DNA of 64,000 bases from an uncultured virus (IMG/VR IMGVR_UViG_3300022939_000006) (lineage: Duplodnaviria > Heunggongvirae > Uroviricota > Caudoviricetes), in the IMG/VR virus record IMGVR_UViG_3300022939_000006. One strand, 5' to 3'. Below the pieces are notes generated by a model. The model did not search any database, was not told where the DNA came from, and saw nothing but the letters and a program-made list of their open reading frames with translations. Position 1 is the stretch's first letter. Each line of letters starts with the position of its first letter. Below are positions 1-10,500 of the stretch, one piece after another. The translations under genes were made by a program, and so were the position numbers.

Positions 1-589
1 CTGTACCAGAATTACTCAACATTGTTGCCCAGTCATTAGTTTTGTTAATGTTTCCACCTGATGCTGTACTAACAAGATTTACTTCAAATGTTATGCTACC
101 GCCACTGTTAAAAAAGTGTCTACGTGTATCTTCACTTGTGAACGTAGCTCTGTAATATCCATTTAGGTTTGTATTCCATTGAGCTGTACGGGTTAGAGTT
201 GCTACATTATTATTAGAAGTACTTTGTGTAGGATGAAGTGCAAATCTTTGAGGATCTGCTTCAACAAGTGCCATAAAATCTATATAGTCTTGCCATCCTT
301 TAAGTACGCCGTTAGGATTATCACTTGTGTCCCATGCAATTAAATCTTCAACAGCAGGAATCGCCAAAGAACCTGCAGGAGATGAATTAGCTTGGTGTCT
401 ATAAATTTTGTCAAAATCTGTGTATAGTGCGTTTAGATCATTGGCATAAATTATATCGTCTACAGCAACATTATTACTTGCTGTAGTTTCGCCATATCCT
501 TCGGTGCCGCTACCATTTCCTAAGATAGCTTCTACCCTATTTTGGACTGCATTATAATTGTTGGCTGTGATAATATCACCGACTGCCAT
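1..589 (-). CDS. Virion structural protein, paralog of 611..1519 (truncated at window edge)
   Basis: Not in the ORF track. ATG at 589 with GGAG upstream; reads MAVGDIITANNYNAVQNRVEAILGNGSGTEGYG...RRHFFNSGGSI, clearly similar to the adjacent 302-aa ORF. Confidence 0.8.
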   Translation of the reverse strand, partial: MAVGDIITANNYNAVQNRVEAILGNGSGTEGYGETTASNNVAVDDIIYANDLNALYTDFDKIYRHQANSSPAGSLAIPAVEDLIAWDTSDNPNGVLKGWQDYIDFMALVEADPQRFALHPTQSTSNNNVATLTRTAQWNTNLNGYYRATFTSEDTRRHFFNSGGSITFEVNLVSTASGGNINKTNDWATMLSNSGT

Positions 590-610
590 ATTTTAATCTC
601 CATACTTTGC

Positions 611-1519
611 CTATAAGGCATTAGTTATTGCAAAAGCAGGCAATGCAACATCTACATACAACCCGCTTGCTCTTACATATCCAACTTGTGCTTTTAGAAC
701 TCCTTGAACTGGTTCGTCAATTTTGTAACCACCAGGATTATGATCATAGTAGTAAAATCTAATAGCAATAGTTTTTGCATCAGGTGCTTTTGCTTCGATA
801 ATATAATTATTATTTCCGTAAACGCCTGTTGCACTTCTTCTGTAAATTTCTTGGTATGAAGTAGTTAAATCATAATTTCCAATCGCAGATGGTGTACCTT
901 GTCCAGTAGTGCTAGTTGTATCATAATTAATACTGACAGTGCCTGCTGTTGCAAGGATATTTGCCCAGTCTTGGCTTTTAGCAACACTATCACCTGAAAC
1001 TGGTGTGTTACTTAATGCACTTATCATGGTTAAAGACCCGCCTGCATTAAAAAAATGCCTTCTATGATCTGCATCATCAAATGTCATAGTAATTTCAGTA
1101 TCAATTGGAGCTCTCCATTGATTTCTTCTTTCGGCAATTTTTGCGGCATTATCGTCACTACTTTGTGCAACTGCTAATTTAAATCTTTCTGCAGGTGATT
1201 CAATTACTGTAATAAAATCTTCATAGTCTGCAAACCCTTTTAAAACATCACCGTCACTTGTATCTTCTGCAATGGTGTCACCAATTGCTACTGTTGCAAT
1301 GCTGTTTGGCACTGCACCGATTTGATGTATTTTAATTTTATTAAGATCTGTAAAAAGATTGTTAATGTCTTGTGCAGTTACTCTTAAACCGCTTGATACT
1401 TGCTGGCTTGTTACTTCTTGTCCGTAACCTTCATTACCCGAACCGTTACCTAAAACTGCGGCAACTCTACCTTGAGCATTGTTGTATCTTGCAGATGTTA
1501 TAATGTCGTTTACTGCCAT
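611..1519 (-). CDS. Putative virion structural (tail/fibre-associated) protein
   Basis: 302-aa ORF in the structural block, downstream of a TATAAATA late promoter; has a tandem paralog. Confidence 0.65.
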   Translation of the reverse strand: MAVNDIITSARYNNAQGRVAAVLGNGSGNEGYGQEVTSQQVSSGLRVTAQDINNLFTDLNKIKIHQIGAVPNSIATVAIGDTIAEDTSDGDVLKGFADYEDFITVIESPAERFKLAVAQSSDDNAAKIAERRNQWRAPIDTEITMTFDDADHRRHFFNAGGSLTMISALSNTPVSGDSVAKSQDWANILATAGTVSINYDTTSTTGQGTPSAIGNYDLTTSYQEIYRRSATGVYGNNNYIIEAKAPDAKTIAIRFYYYDHNPGGYKIDEPVQGVLKAQVGYVRASGLYVDVALPAFAITNAL

Positions 1520-1551
1520 TACTTCACTTCCTATTATGTGCGTGTTTTAAA

Positions 1552-1559
1552 TATTTATA
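1552..1559 (-). promoter_or_regulatory. T4-type late promoter TATAAATA
   Basis: Exact T4 late consensus ~33 nt upstream of the 611..1519 start; gp55 is encoded in the window. Confidence 0.75.
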
Positions 1560-3033
1560 CTTTTAACACACACTCGATTAACTTTTCGCCGTCGTCATTA
1601 CTTGACTCTAGTGCAACTCCAACCAATCCATTACTTGAAATAGTAGAAGCAACACCATCCTGCCATGCGTAAACAGCCTGTCCTTTAGATACAGGACCTG
1701 TTACTCTTACAGGAACACGACCTTTTAAAGCAATAGGGTGTCCATCTGATTCTGCATTCATTAAATATGCAGGTTTATCTGAAATAACTCCAATAGCAAA
1801 ATCACTTACTTTTGCCGCTCTTGTTTCTGCTTCTCCTCCAACAGCCATTACTGTACCTACTGGATATTCTTTGTCTGTTGTGTATTTTTCTGCTAAATCA
1901 GCATACTGAGCTTGAATAGCAGTTCCTCTGAAAAAGTTTGCAAAAATATCACCTGAATTGTCTCTTAGTGCAGTAGTATTTGCTGTAGCACTAGTATCAC
2001 CAGCATAAGATGCACTGTTGTATAAAATAGCAGTAGCTGATGTTGCATTTCCTCTTAAATTGTCAGCCCACACATCGCTCCATTTTGCTGTGCTTGAACC
2101 AAGTGTATATGTGCTTGTAGATCCAGGATTAATTCCTGTTGATTGTACAATAGCACTTGTAATTTGTGTACTGTTTGCGTTACTTGTTTTTAATTTTATT
2201 ACATTGTTAACACCAACTTCGTTTGCAACTACACCTTGGTTACCGTTTTCAATGTATAAGTGTAAATCATTTTGATCACCTATAGTTATTCCGCTATCTG
2301 GAAAACGCACTGTTGTTGAAAATGTTGTTGGTTGTCCTGGAACTGTTTGCACAAAAGAACTTGCATCAATTCCGTTTAATTTTAATGCGTTACTTGAAGT
2401 ACCCCAATAATAATGATTAGTAGTTGTAACACCGTTTGTTGCCGCTTGGGTGTTTACCAATGTTGTACCTTTTTTGATTACATCAAATCCAGTAATTGCG
2501 TTTGCAGGATCAGTTGAATCAATAGTAAATTCTTGTGAGCTAATTGTAAAAATAACTTCGTCATCGATGGTTGCGGCAATAATACTGTGGTTGACAGATT
2601 GCGTATCACGAACTGTACGTGATTGCATCTGTGTTAAACCTGTTCCTGTACCTTGCGGACCTACTAAAATAAAACTACTTCCGTTATATGTGTAAAGTTG
2701 GTTGTTTCCTGAATCCCACCAAAAATCACCAGTAGTTAAACCTGTTGGTTGAGTAGTAGCAACTTCTGCGCCACCTGTAGTTTTAAATTTACTACCATCA
2801 TAAAATTTAATTTTATTTGTGGCTTGATCGTGCCATATTTGTCCGCTTACTGGTTTAGGTGGTTGAGATGTTCCGGAAAAATTTTCTAACAAAAACAAAA
2901 AGTTTTCGTTTTGTATTTCACCGTACCCAGCATAATTTTTACCAACAAACGTTAAATCTGTTGTTGTGTCTATTGTACCATCTTGAACAACTACTAATGT
3001 TGCTCCGCTATATTTGTTTATCGTATATGCCAT
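1555..3033 (-). CDS. Tail fibre/baseplate-associated protein with C-terminal autocleaving intramolecular chaperone (peptidase G2/IMC-like) domain
   Basis: Shared MAYTINK...GKNYAGYGE...LLENF N-terminal module. C-terminal YADLAEKY...IGVIS..PAYLMN...ALKGRVPVRV.GPV.KG motif. Confidence 0.7.
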   Translation of the reverse strand: MAYTINKYSGATLVVVQDGTIDTTTDLTFVGKNYAGYGEIQNENFLFLLENFSGTSQPPKPVSGQIWHDQATNKIKFYDGSKFKTTGGAEVATTQPTGLTTGDFWWDSGNNQLYTYNGSSFILVGPQGTGTGLTQMQSRTVRDTQSVNHSIIAATIDDEVIFTISSQEFTIDSTDPANAITGFDVIKKGTTLVNTQAATNGVTTTNHYYWGTSSNALKLNGIDASSFVQTVPGQPTTFSTTVRFPDSGITIGDQNDLHLYIENGNQGVVANEVGVNNVIKLKTSNANSTQITSAIVQSTGINPGSTSTYTLGSSTAKWSDVWADNLRGNATSATAILYNSASYAGDTSATANTTALRDNSGDIFANFFRGTAIQAQYADLAEKYTTDKEYPVGTVMAVGGEAETRAAKVSDFAIGVISDKPAYLMNAESDGHPIALKGRVPVRVTGPVSKGQAVYAWQDGVASTISSNGLVGVALESSNDDGEKLIECVLKV

Positions 3034-3055
3034 GTTTCAACCTTTACATTTAATA

Positions 3056-3063
3056 TATTTATC
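3056..3063 (-). promoter_or_regulatory. Late promoter (GATAAATA)
   Basis: TAAATA core in a short intergenic gap ahead of a structural gene. Confidence 0.6.
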
Positions 3064-4890
3064 TTAAACACTTGACACTAGATCCTGACTAAATGTCCAA
3101 GCGCCACTGCTTGTTACATATTCTTTTAAAGCTCTTGTTATAGTTACACTAACTGTACCTGTTGCGCTTCCAAAAGCTACATCTTGAAGCACAGATTCAT
3201 TCTGTACACCAGCTGAATCTACAGCAATGAATGATTTTGTTGTTACAGCGGTAATATCAATATTACTTACTGTTGCACCTGCAAGTGATGTACAGTGTAT
3301 TCTTGCTATTGTGCCGTTTGCCGCAACTGATGATGCCGGAACAAGATCTTCAAGAACAAGACCGATCTGTGTGTCATTAAGTCCTGTTGCATCCATACTG
3401 AATGATATCGCGGCCGCCGCAATTTGTTCATCAACGTAAACTTTAGAAGCCGCATCAGTATCTGCACTAGGCACACCTAGTCCTGTAATTTTATTATTAT
3501 TTGTTAGGTCTAAATTACCTGCTAGTGTTAAGTTTAAGCCACCGCCTGTAGTTGTAATTGTATTACCGTCTATGGAAACGTTGTCAACTGCTAAACTTGT
3601 GAGAGTACCAATGCTAGATAAACCGTTTGCACTTGTAACACCAGTACCTAATGCTGTTGCACTTAATACGTCATTACCATCTATTTTGTATGTGTTTCCA
3701 CTTGTTAAGTTTGCATTTACATTGCTTGTCCATGAATTTGTAGCTTGTATCCAAGTCCATTTTTTATCATTACCTGTTACCCTTACAACCATACCTGCAT
3801 CATCTGCCGCAGTATCAGTTACAAGTGTACTATCATCTGTAATTGCAAGTTCTATTTGTTTATCTTGAATTCTTAAATTATTAACATCTATACTTGCTTG
3901 TGTGCCTTCAACAAGTAAATTACCTGTGATTCTTAAATCGCCTGAGACATCTAAAGTATAATCTGGATTAGATTTAAAGACGCCAACTCTTTGATTTTGT
4001 GCATCAATATAAATTGCATCAACTTGACCTGCACCAGAACCACTTGATGTAACTCTAAATATTACGTTTTCATCTAGTAATTGATTTGAATAAACAAAGT
4101 CAGCACCTAATGGACTAATAACTGTGTTAGCATTTGGACCAATAGTAATACCTGCACTGTTGGATACTGTTAAACTTCCTGATATAATACTATTCGTACT
4201 TGTTGTAAGGAAATCATCTGCAACAACTCTTTGCCCACTTGATGTAAGAAGTGCTTTTGCAATGTCAGCAGTTCCTTCGTATATAAAATCAGAAGATACA
4301 ATGTTGATACCTTTTTTAATATTTCCTGTAATACCAGCTATCTCAAAACCAACAGCAGGTGTAAATTCTAAGTTACTAATTACTGCAACTCTTTCTGTTC
4401 CAGTTGAAGCGTTTCCTATGTATAAACTAGCTACAGTTCTTGTTCTGTCTTGTACATCTCTGAGTGTTTCTACTTTGAATCCTGTTAGCCCTTGATCTTT
4501 TGTATACAAAGGACCTGCTAGTACTGGAGTACCTTCACCATCATAAAAATATATTTGATCATTAAGGTTGTCTATCCATAAATCACCAGCTACCATATTA
4601 GGTTCTGTTTTTTGAACGAAAGGTCCACCAACTGCTTTAAATGTTTGGCCTTCATAAACTTTTAATCTTGCTTGTGTAGTATCCCACCAAAGTTGCCCAG
4701 TAATAGGATTGCTTGGAGCATTTGTATTACTAAAGTTTTCTAAAAGTTTTATATAGTTTTCATTTAGATATTCACCAAAACCTGTGTAGTTTCTCCCTAC
4801 TAAAGTTAATGAAGTACTACTTGTATCAATAGTACCGTCAATTAAATCAACAAGTAATGATCCATCTGTTTTATTAAGTTTATAAGCCAT
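3064..4890 (-). CDS. Tail fibre-like virion protein (MAY.LN paralog)
   Basis: Same N-terminal module as its neighbours; G/T/S/N-rich beta-repeat body. Confidence 0.65.
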   Translation of the reverse strand: MAYKLNKTDGSLLVDLIDGTIDTSSTSLTLVGRNYTGFGEYLNENYIKLLENFSNTNAPSNPITGQLWWDTTQARLKVYEGQTFKAVGGPFVQKTEPNMVAGDLWIDNLNDQIYFYDGEGTPVLAGPLYTKDQGLTGFKVETLRDVQDRTRTVASLYIGNASTGTERVAVISNLEFTPAVGFEIAGITGNIKKGINIVSSDFIYEGTADIAKALLTSSGQRVVADDFLTTSTNSIISGSLTVSNSAGITIGPNANTVISPLGADFVYSNQLLDENVIFRVTSSGSGAGQVDAIYIDAQNQRVGVFKSNPDYTLDVSGDLRITGNLLVEGTQASIDVNNLRIQDKQIELAITDDSTLVTDTAADDAGMVVRVTGNDKKWTWIQATNSWTSNVNANLTSGNTYKIDGNDVLSATALGTGVTSANGLSSIGTLTSLAVDNVSIDGNTITTTGGGLNLTLAGNLDLTNNNKITGLGVPSADTDAASKVYVDEQIAAAAISFSMDATGLNDTQIGLVLEDLVPASSVAANGTIARIHCTSLAGATVSNIDITAVTTKSFIAVDSAGVQNESVLQDVAFGSATGTVSVTITRALKEYVTSSGAWTFSQDLVSSV

Positions 4891-6926
4891 TAAACATTCC
4901 CAGTATAAATTATATAATTCAAACTCATAAATGGATTCATTATATCCACTGCTTGACCTGTAGTTCCTGCAACACTACCACTTGATGTTGCCGCTTGTCC
5001 AGCATTTTGTCCTGTAGGTGCATCAAATACAATTGATTCTGCAGGACTTCCTGGACCTTTTGCCGCATCTAGTATAGTGTAAAATTGTGTTTTATTACCA
5101 TCTGGACCAATTTGTAAATCGTGTTCGTGATCTGGTATTTGATTTGCACTAAGCGTTACATCTTCTGTACCGCCAGTATTACCAAGTTCGCTACCTCTAA
5201 GTCCAGTAATCCTATTAGCGGCTGTACCTCCCATATCATCAAGACCTGCGATTGTTCTACCACGTAAGTCAGGTAATGCAAATTTAGCAACACCGCCATC
5301 ACTAACTAGATTTGCTTGTAAATAGTTAAATCCTATTACTTGGAATAGTTTAGGATAATCAATTTGTAGTACTTCACTACCATCACATATAAGCCAATTT
5401 AAAGGTGCTGTGGTTCCTGCATACGGTAAAATTACACCTGGTGGATTAGTAGGAACACTTGACAGCAAATCTTCTTGTCTAATTCTATATAGACCAACTT
5501 GTCCTTGCGTTCTGTTTAATAAAAATTCATCTGTAGTTGTTGACGCATTCGTAAATGTTTTATTACTAATAAAACTGTTAGATACAGTAGTAACAAAAGT
5601 TTTTTGGTTGCCGCCTACTTGTCCGTCAAATGTAAATGCGGGTGCATTTACTTCACCGCTCATAGCAAATGTAGTTGCACTAGAAATTTTATCAGCACTA
5701 CCTGATCTACCACTTACTTGCCCTGTTACATTACCAATTAAATTTCCTGTAAAGTCTGTAGCATAAATGTTTCTAAATTTGTTACTTGCAGAACCAATTG
5801 TATATGTATTAGTTGTGTCTGGCACAATATTTCTTACTTCAGTATCACCGATAATATTTAAAGTACCGCCAATATTTGTATCGCCTGCTATACCTGTGCC
5901 ACCTTTTACAACTAACGCACCTGTGCCAAAATTTGTACTTGCAGTTGTGCCATCAATTGTAATAGCGTCACTTACCTTTATTTTTCCTGTAACATCTAAT
6001 GCTTCACTAGGTGCTGTATTGTTAATACCAATATTAGTTGTACTGTCTACACGCATTACAGTTTTAATTTGGCCTTCATTGTTTACACGAATGTCTAATG
6101 AACTGCCACTAGTATTGTGTGTAATAATACCTGCTTGTCCTTCAACACCTATTGACAATTGGTTACCACTACCAACTAACATACCGTCATCAGTTCTAAT
6201 TCTTAATTGTTCTGTTGTAGTACTAGCTACATCTCCTCTTAAAAAATTAGAGGCTTCAATTTTTGTCCCATTTACAATTAGGCTTTCTGCTTGTTCTGCA
6301 GGTCCATAAAACTTAGGTGTACCTGCACCAGTTATATCTGCAACGCTTAAATTAACTCCTGGATTAATTTGGTTAAATCCATTAATTTGTGCTTTTGGTG
6401 TAAATGTATCACTGGCAATAATAGCAACAGGTAATTGATTTATTTCAACAAGTAATGCTGTGTAATCAATATTATCTTGGCCTTGGATTACTGTTGCACT
6501 AACACCTGTGCTCAAACCTCCTGCATATTCTGGACCTACTAATGTCCAGCCCGAACCTGTATACAAATATAATTGTTGGTTGTCTGTATCGACCCAAAGA
6601 TCACCTGTTAAACTGTTAGATGCCTCAGGAGCTGTACTTGCTTTTTTCAAACCACCACTTGCTATCCATTGTGTTCCATCATAAACTTTTAATTGTTCAC
6701 TGCCTGGTGTTGTGTCATACCATAACTGTCCTTCAACCGGATTAGCAGGAGCAGATGCGTTAGCAAAATTTTCTAAAAGTTTTAGAAAGTTTTGATTAAA
6801 TTCAACACCATAACTTGTTGTGTTTCTACCTACTAAACTTAAACTTGTTTGGTTGTTAATATCATTATCTTCAACAGTTATACTGCCTTTGTTTGTAACG
6901 TCAGTGAAATTAATTGTATATGGCAT
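4890..6926 (-). CDS. Short tail fibre-like protein with phage tail-collar domain
   Basis: Collar motif PPGVILPYAG..AP.NWLICDG...FALPDLRGR, and C-terminal P(F/Y)..LNYIIY. Confidence 0.75.
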   Translation of the reverse strand: MPYTINFTDVTNKGSITVEDNDINNQTSLSLVGRNTTSYGVEFNQNFLKLLENFANASAPANPVEGQLWYDTTPGSEQLKVYDGTQWIASGGLKKASTAPEASNSLTGDLWVDTDNQQLYLYTGSGWTLVGPEYAGGLSTGVSATVIQGQDNIDYTALLVEINQLPVAIIASDTFTPKAQINGFNQINPGVNLSVADITGAGTPKFYGPAEQAESLIVNGTKIEASNFLRGDVASTTTEQLRIRTDDGMLVGSGNQLSIGVEGQAGIITHNTSGSSLDIRVNNEGQIKTVMRVDSTTNIGINNTAPSEALDVTGKIKVSDAITIDGTTASTNFGTGALVVKGGTGIAGDTNIGGTLNIIGDTEVRNIVPDTTNTYTIGSASNKFRNIYATDFTGNLIGNVTGQVSGRSGSADKISSATTFAMSGEVNAPAFTFDGQVGGNQKTFVTTVSNSFISNKTFTNASTTTDEFLLNRTQGQVGLYRIRQEDLLSSVPTNPPGVILPYAGTTAPLNWLICDGSEVLQIDYPKLFQVIGFNYLQANLVSDGGVAKFALPDLRGRTIAGLDDMGGTAANRITGLRGSELGNTGGTEDVTLSANQIPDHEHDLQIGPDGNKTQFYTILDAAKGPGSPAESIVFDAPTGQNAGQAATSSGSVAGTTGQAVDIMNPFMSLNYIIYTGNV

Positions 6927-6929
6927 CTA

Positions 6930-7532
6930 TTACACTCCTGACAAACTTTGTACTCTAACTGTATAATCTATTTGTACTAATCTGTTTAAAGATTTTTGTA
7001 CTGGATGAAAAATTACATGTGTAATTAATCTACCTGTACCTGACGGATTATAACTTTTTAAACCTAGCTCATCAAAAACATATAGTGCTTCGTTACTGTT
7101 TGACGTATCAAAAGCATCTTGTCCTTGTGGCTCTCCGTAGTCGAGTAAACATGTAACAACAATGTCAGTATAGTTTGTTCCGCTAACATGACGTGTTTCT
7201 ATTTTATTTCTAACTGGATCTGTGTTACTTGTACTTCTATCGTCTACAACTTTTGTAAATGTTTGATTATATAAACTAGCATTAGTTCCTGTTGAGTTTG
7301 GTGTAAGATATGTAATAATACCTGTTGGATCAACGCTTGTGCCGCCGTTACCAAAGCTCATTTCATATATCATACCTTGGCCTTGGTTTGCAAGGCTTTC
7401 AGCAAGAGCAATACTCATATTTTCATAGTGAATAGCATTTCGCTTATCAACATACACTTCACCTGTATTAGGATCATGTATTTTGATGTGTCCTTTAACT
7501 ACTACTCCTGATTTGTCTTTAATGTCCGTCAT
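6930..7532 (-). CDS. Putative baseplate/virion structural protein (~200 aa)
   Basis: Start moved to ATG 7532 (MTDIKDK): it has AGGA upstream and a TAAATA at 7552-7559, and avoids overlap with the upstream gene. Confidence 0.65.
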   Translation of the reverse strand: MTDIKDKSGVVVKGHIKIHDPNTGEVYVDKRNAIHYENMSIALAESLANQGQGMIYEMSFGNGGTSVDPTGIITYLTPNSTGTNASLYNQTFTKVVDDRSTSNTDPVRNKIETRHVSGTNYTDIVVTCLLDYGEPQGQDAFDTSNSNEALYVFDELGLKSYNPSGTGRLITHVIFHPVQKSLNRLVQIDYTVRVQSLSGV

Positions 7533-7551
7533 GTTGTCTTTCCTGCTACTG

Positions 7552-7559
7552 TATTTATT
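7552..7559 (-). promoter_or_regulatory. Late promoter (AATAAATA)
   Basis: TAAATA core overlapping the upstream stop codon. Confidence 0.6.
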
Positions 7560-10500
7560 AATTTGGCAACTCCGTCGTTCTAGCACGAATAAAGTTTGCT
7601 ATGTCATTGTCTGCATCTGCTAAACTCTCGCCTAAATTTGTCCAAGTTTTACCAATACGTCTAATAACCACTATTTTTTGTCCATCAGTTGGAGTTTCTG
7701 CAAGTTGTATTGTATTACCGTTAAGTGTAAACTCTGCATTTGCTGTTATATCTCCTTCTGGGCTATCTTGATCTACAAATCTTGTTACAAAATTACCTTG
7801 GGCATCTTTTGTATCAGTTTGGTAAACACTAATAGCACTTTTACGTAATCTACGTCCTGCTACAAAAACTTCAAATAAATCTGCTGTAATTTCAGCTACA
7901 GTTTTAGTAGATCCCGAATCTTGTTTGTACTGTGTTGCAATAGCTGAAGCATCAAAATCTAATTCATATGTGCTTGCAACGCCATCTGCTGTGAAAATTT
8001 GAGTAATTGTTTCATCTCTGTAGGGGATATTTTCGCTTGGTCCTTGTTCAATAACTTCTGTTCCTGTAGTTAAAAGTGTATTAACACCAGTACCTAGTGT
8101 ACCTCTACGTATTTGACGTAAACTATTACCCTGTTTCACAAAATATTCTATTCTTTCACCATTTATAAACACTACACCAGGTATTTTGCTTGCTTTACTA
8201 GGAGCATTCAAACCTGTTGCATCAACAAGATCTATTTTTGTATCAAACCAATTTAAATCACTTGCTAGTTTGTACTTAGTATTATCATCAATGCGTTTGT
8301 AGTGAACGCGATTCAATATATCTTTAAATTCTCTAAATCCAAACTTGACTGTTAATTTTTCCTGACTCCATTCAATATATTCTATAGTATCATTTGCACT
8401 GATATTTTTTAATATTTTAATATAATATGGATCATCTGTAGTTCTGTAATCAACATTTGCTACTAATCTATCACCATTTAAGAAAACCCAAACATCTTGT
8501 GCATGAGACGCTTCTTTTCTTAATTTTATAATGCCATTTGCAAGGCTTACATAGTCTGCGAATGCTTGTGTACCTCCAACAAGAGTTTTTCTTGTTAAGA
8601 AATCATATTTTGTTCTAGTTAAGTTTTGAATATCATGATTACTAAACATTTGCACTTCAACTGTTGATCCTAGTACAGGTGCTGTGTCAAAGTAAACTTT
8701 GTCTCTAGTTGATATAAATCTTTGTGTGCTTGTTTCATCTGTACCTACATATCCAAATGCATATTCACCATCTGCCATTAGGAATATTTCTAGTTTGTCT
8801 CCAACTACTCCTATTCCTTGTGTAAGTGTAATACTGTTTGCTGTACTATTCCATCTATAATCAATTGCTTTGCGTAATAATTCATCGTTTAGATATACTT
8901 CAACTTCACTTGTTTTCACGCTGTTAGAATAGTATTGCCAATCTTCTATGAAGTATTCTCTTTCGTTTGCTTCGATTAACATTTCTATATTATATCCTGC
9001 TTGAAGTATAACATCATTAACACTTACTATTGTGTTATGTTGAGTAGGTAATCCACCAATAGAATCTGTTTGTATATCAAATACTGTTGTACTACCGTCA
9101 CCAACAAAAGTATGAGTAGTTGTAGAACTATATGACTTATTACTTCCGTAGAAAATACCGTAGTCTACTACTTGTCCTATCTGAGGTGCAACATTAAATT
9201 CTATACCAATTAATCCATCATCTGTTTTATAAAGCTGACTTGATATTTCTACACCATTTATATTTGCAAAGTGTGTGGCATTATCTGTCCAAATTGCATT
9301 TGTAACAAAAGTATTAGTGCTTCCGTCTGCTACAAATTTATCAATGTCGAGAATTTTCTCTCCACTGTTACCCATAGTAACAATGTTAAGAACTTTACCA
9401 GCTGTAGGTATAGTGTCAAACGTTAATGTATCATTTACCCAATCAATAGTATAATCTACTTTTTTAATTGTAGCATTATCTAATTTGACCCACACAGCAT
9501 CTATACTATTAGGATGCTGACCTAGATCAAATGTTCCGTTGACTCCATCAGTAGTCCAAAACTTACTAATTATTTCGCTTGCACCATCATCTGGTCTATG
9601 ATAAACTTGAATATCTACAGTATCTGCAATTCTACCCGGAACTAGTTCTTCAGGTCCTGTAGTTGTCATAGGAGTAATAAAATTATCTCCGTCTACAATT
9701 ATTTCTGCCGCATCTATACCTTTTGCATTATTATATGATAATGCTCCTCCTGATAGTTGCGTGTCGTAACTTGCACTATCTGGCTTAAAGCTACCATCAC
9801 TTGTAACTTTTCTTAAAATGAACACATCACCATTTGTGCTTGGTATTACAAGATCATCTAAATTAAGTGTTGTTTGCTGACCGTCTCCTGTAATACTACG
9901 CATTATAGCATTTGGATTTGCACCTCTGGAACTATCATGTAGGTAATTAGGATCATCAATTCGTACATTATTTTTGTATACATTATATACAACACCATTT
10001 TCTAAAGGATTATCCCAACTAAATTCTACTGTTGATCCATCTAGCTGAACTATGATATCTTCATATGTATTATCGTAAATATCATATGGTACTGTTCCAT
10101 AACCGTCTACTTCAAAGCCACCGCTACCTTTAAAATCGAAGCTCTTAACTTCGACACCACCAAAATCAACACCTTCCATTAACTGTGTAATGTCCTTGCC
10201 AAGCATGCCTGAGGTAGGTGCATAGTACATTTCAATTCTATCTTGGGCTGTTAATAAATTAGGTGATAGTTCATAATCTACTTTTACGACTGTGCCTAAC
10301 TTAGGCGCATCAGTAAATATAATTCTTCCCTTTTCTCTTGTATATGTTTTTGTTTTATCTATATAATTTTCAAAAGTATATTCGCTTCTTAGTGATTCTA
10401 CTCCATTTAGATAAACTTTAACTTTAGCACCATTTAAATTCATAGGCCATTTTAAATTAAACACACTAGTAACTGCTGTTCCTGTAAATGTTTCTGATTT

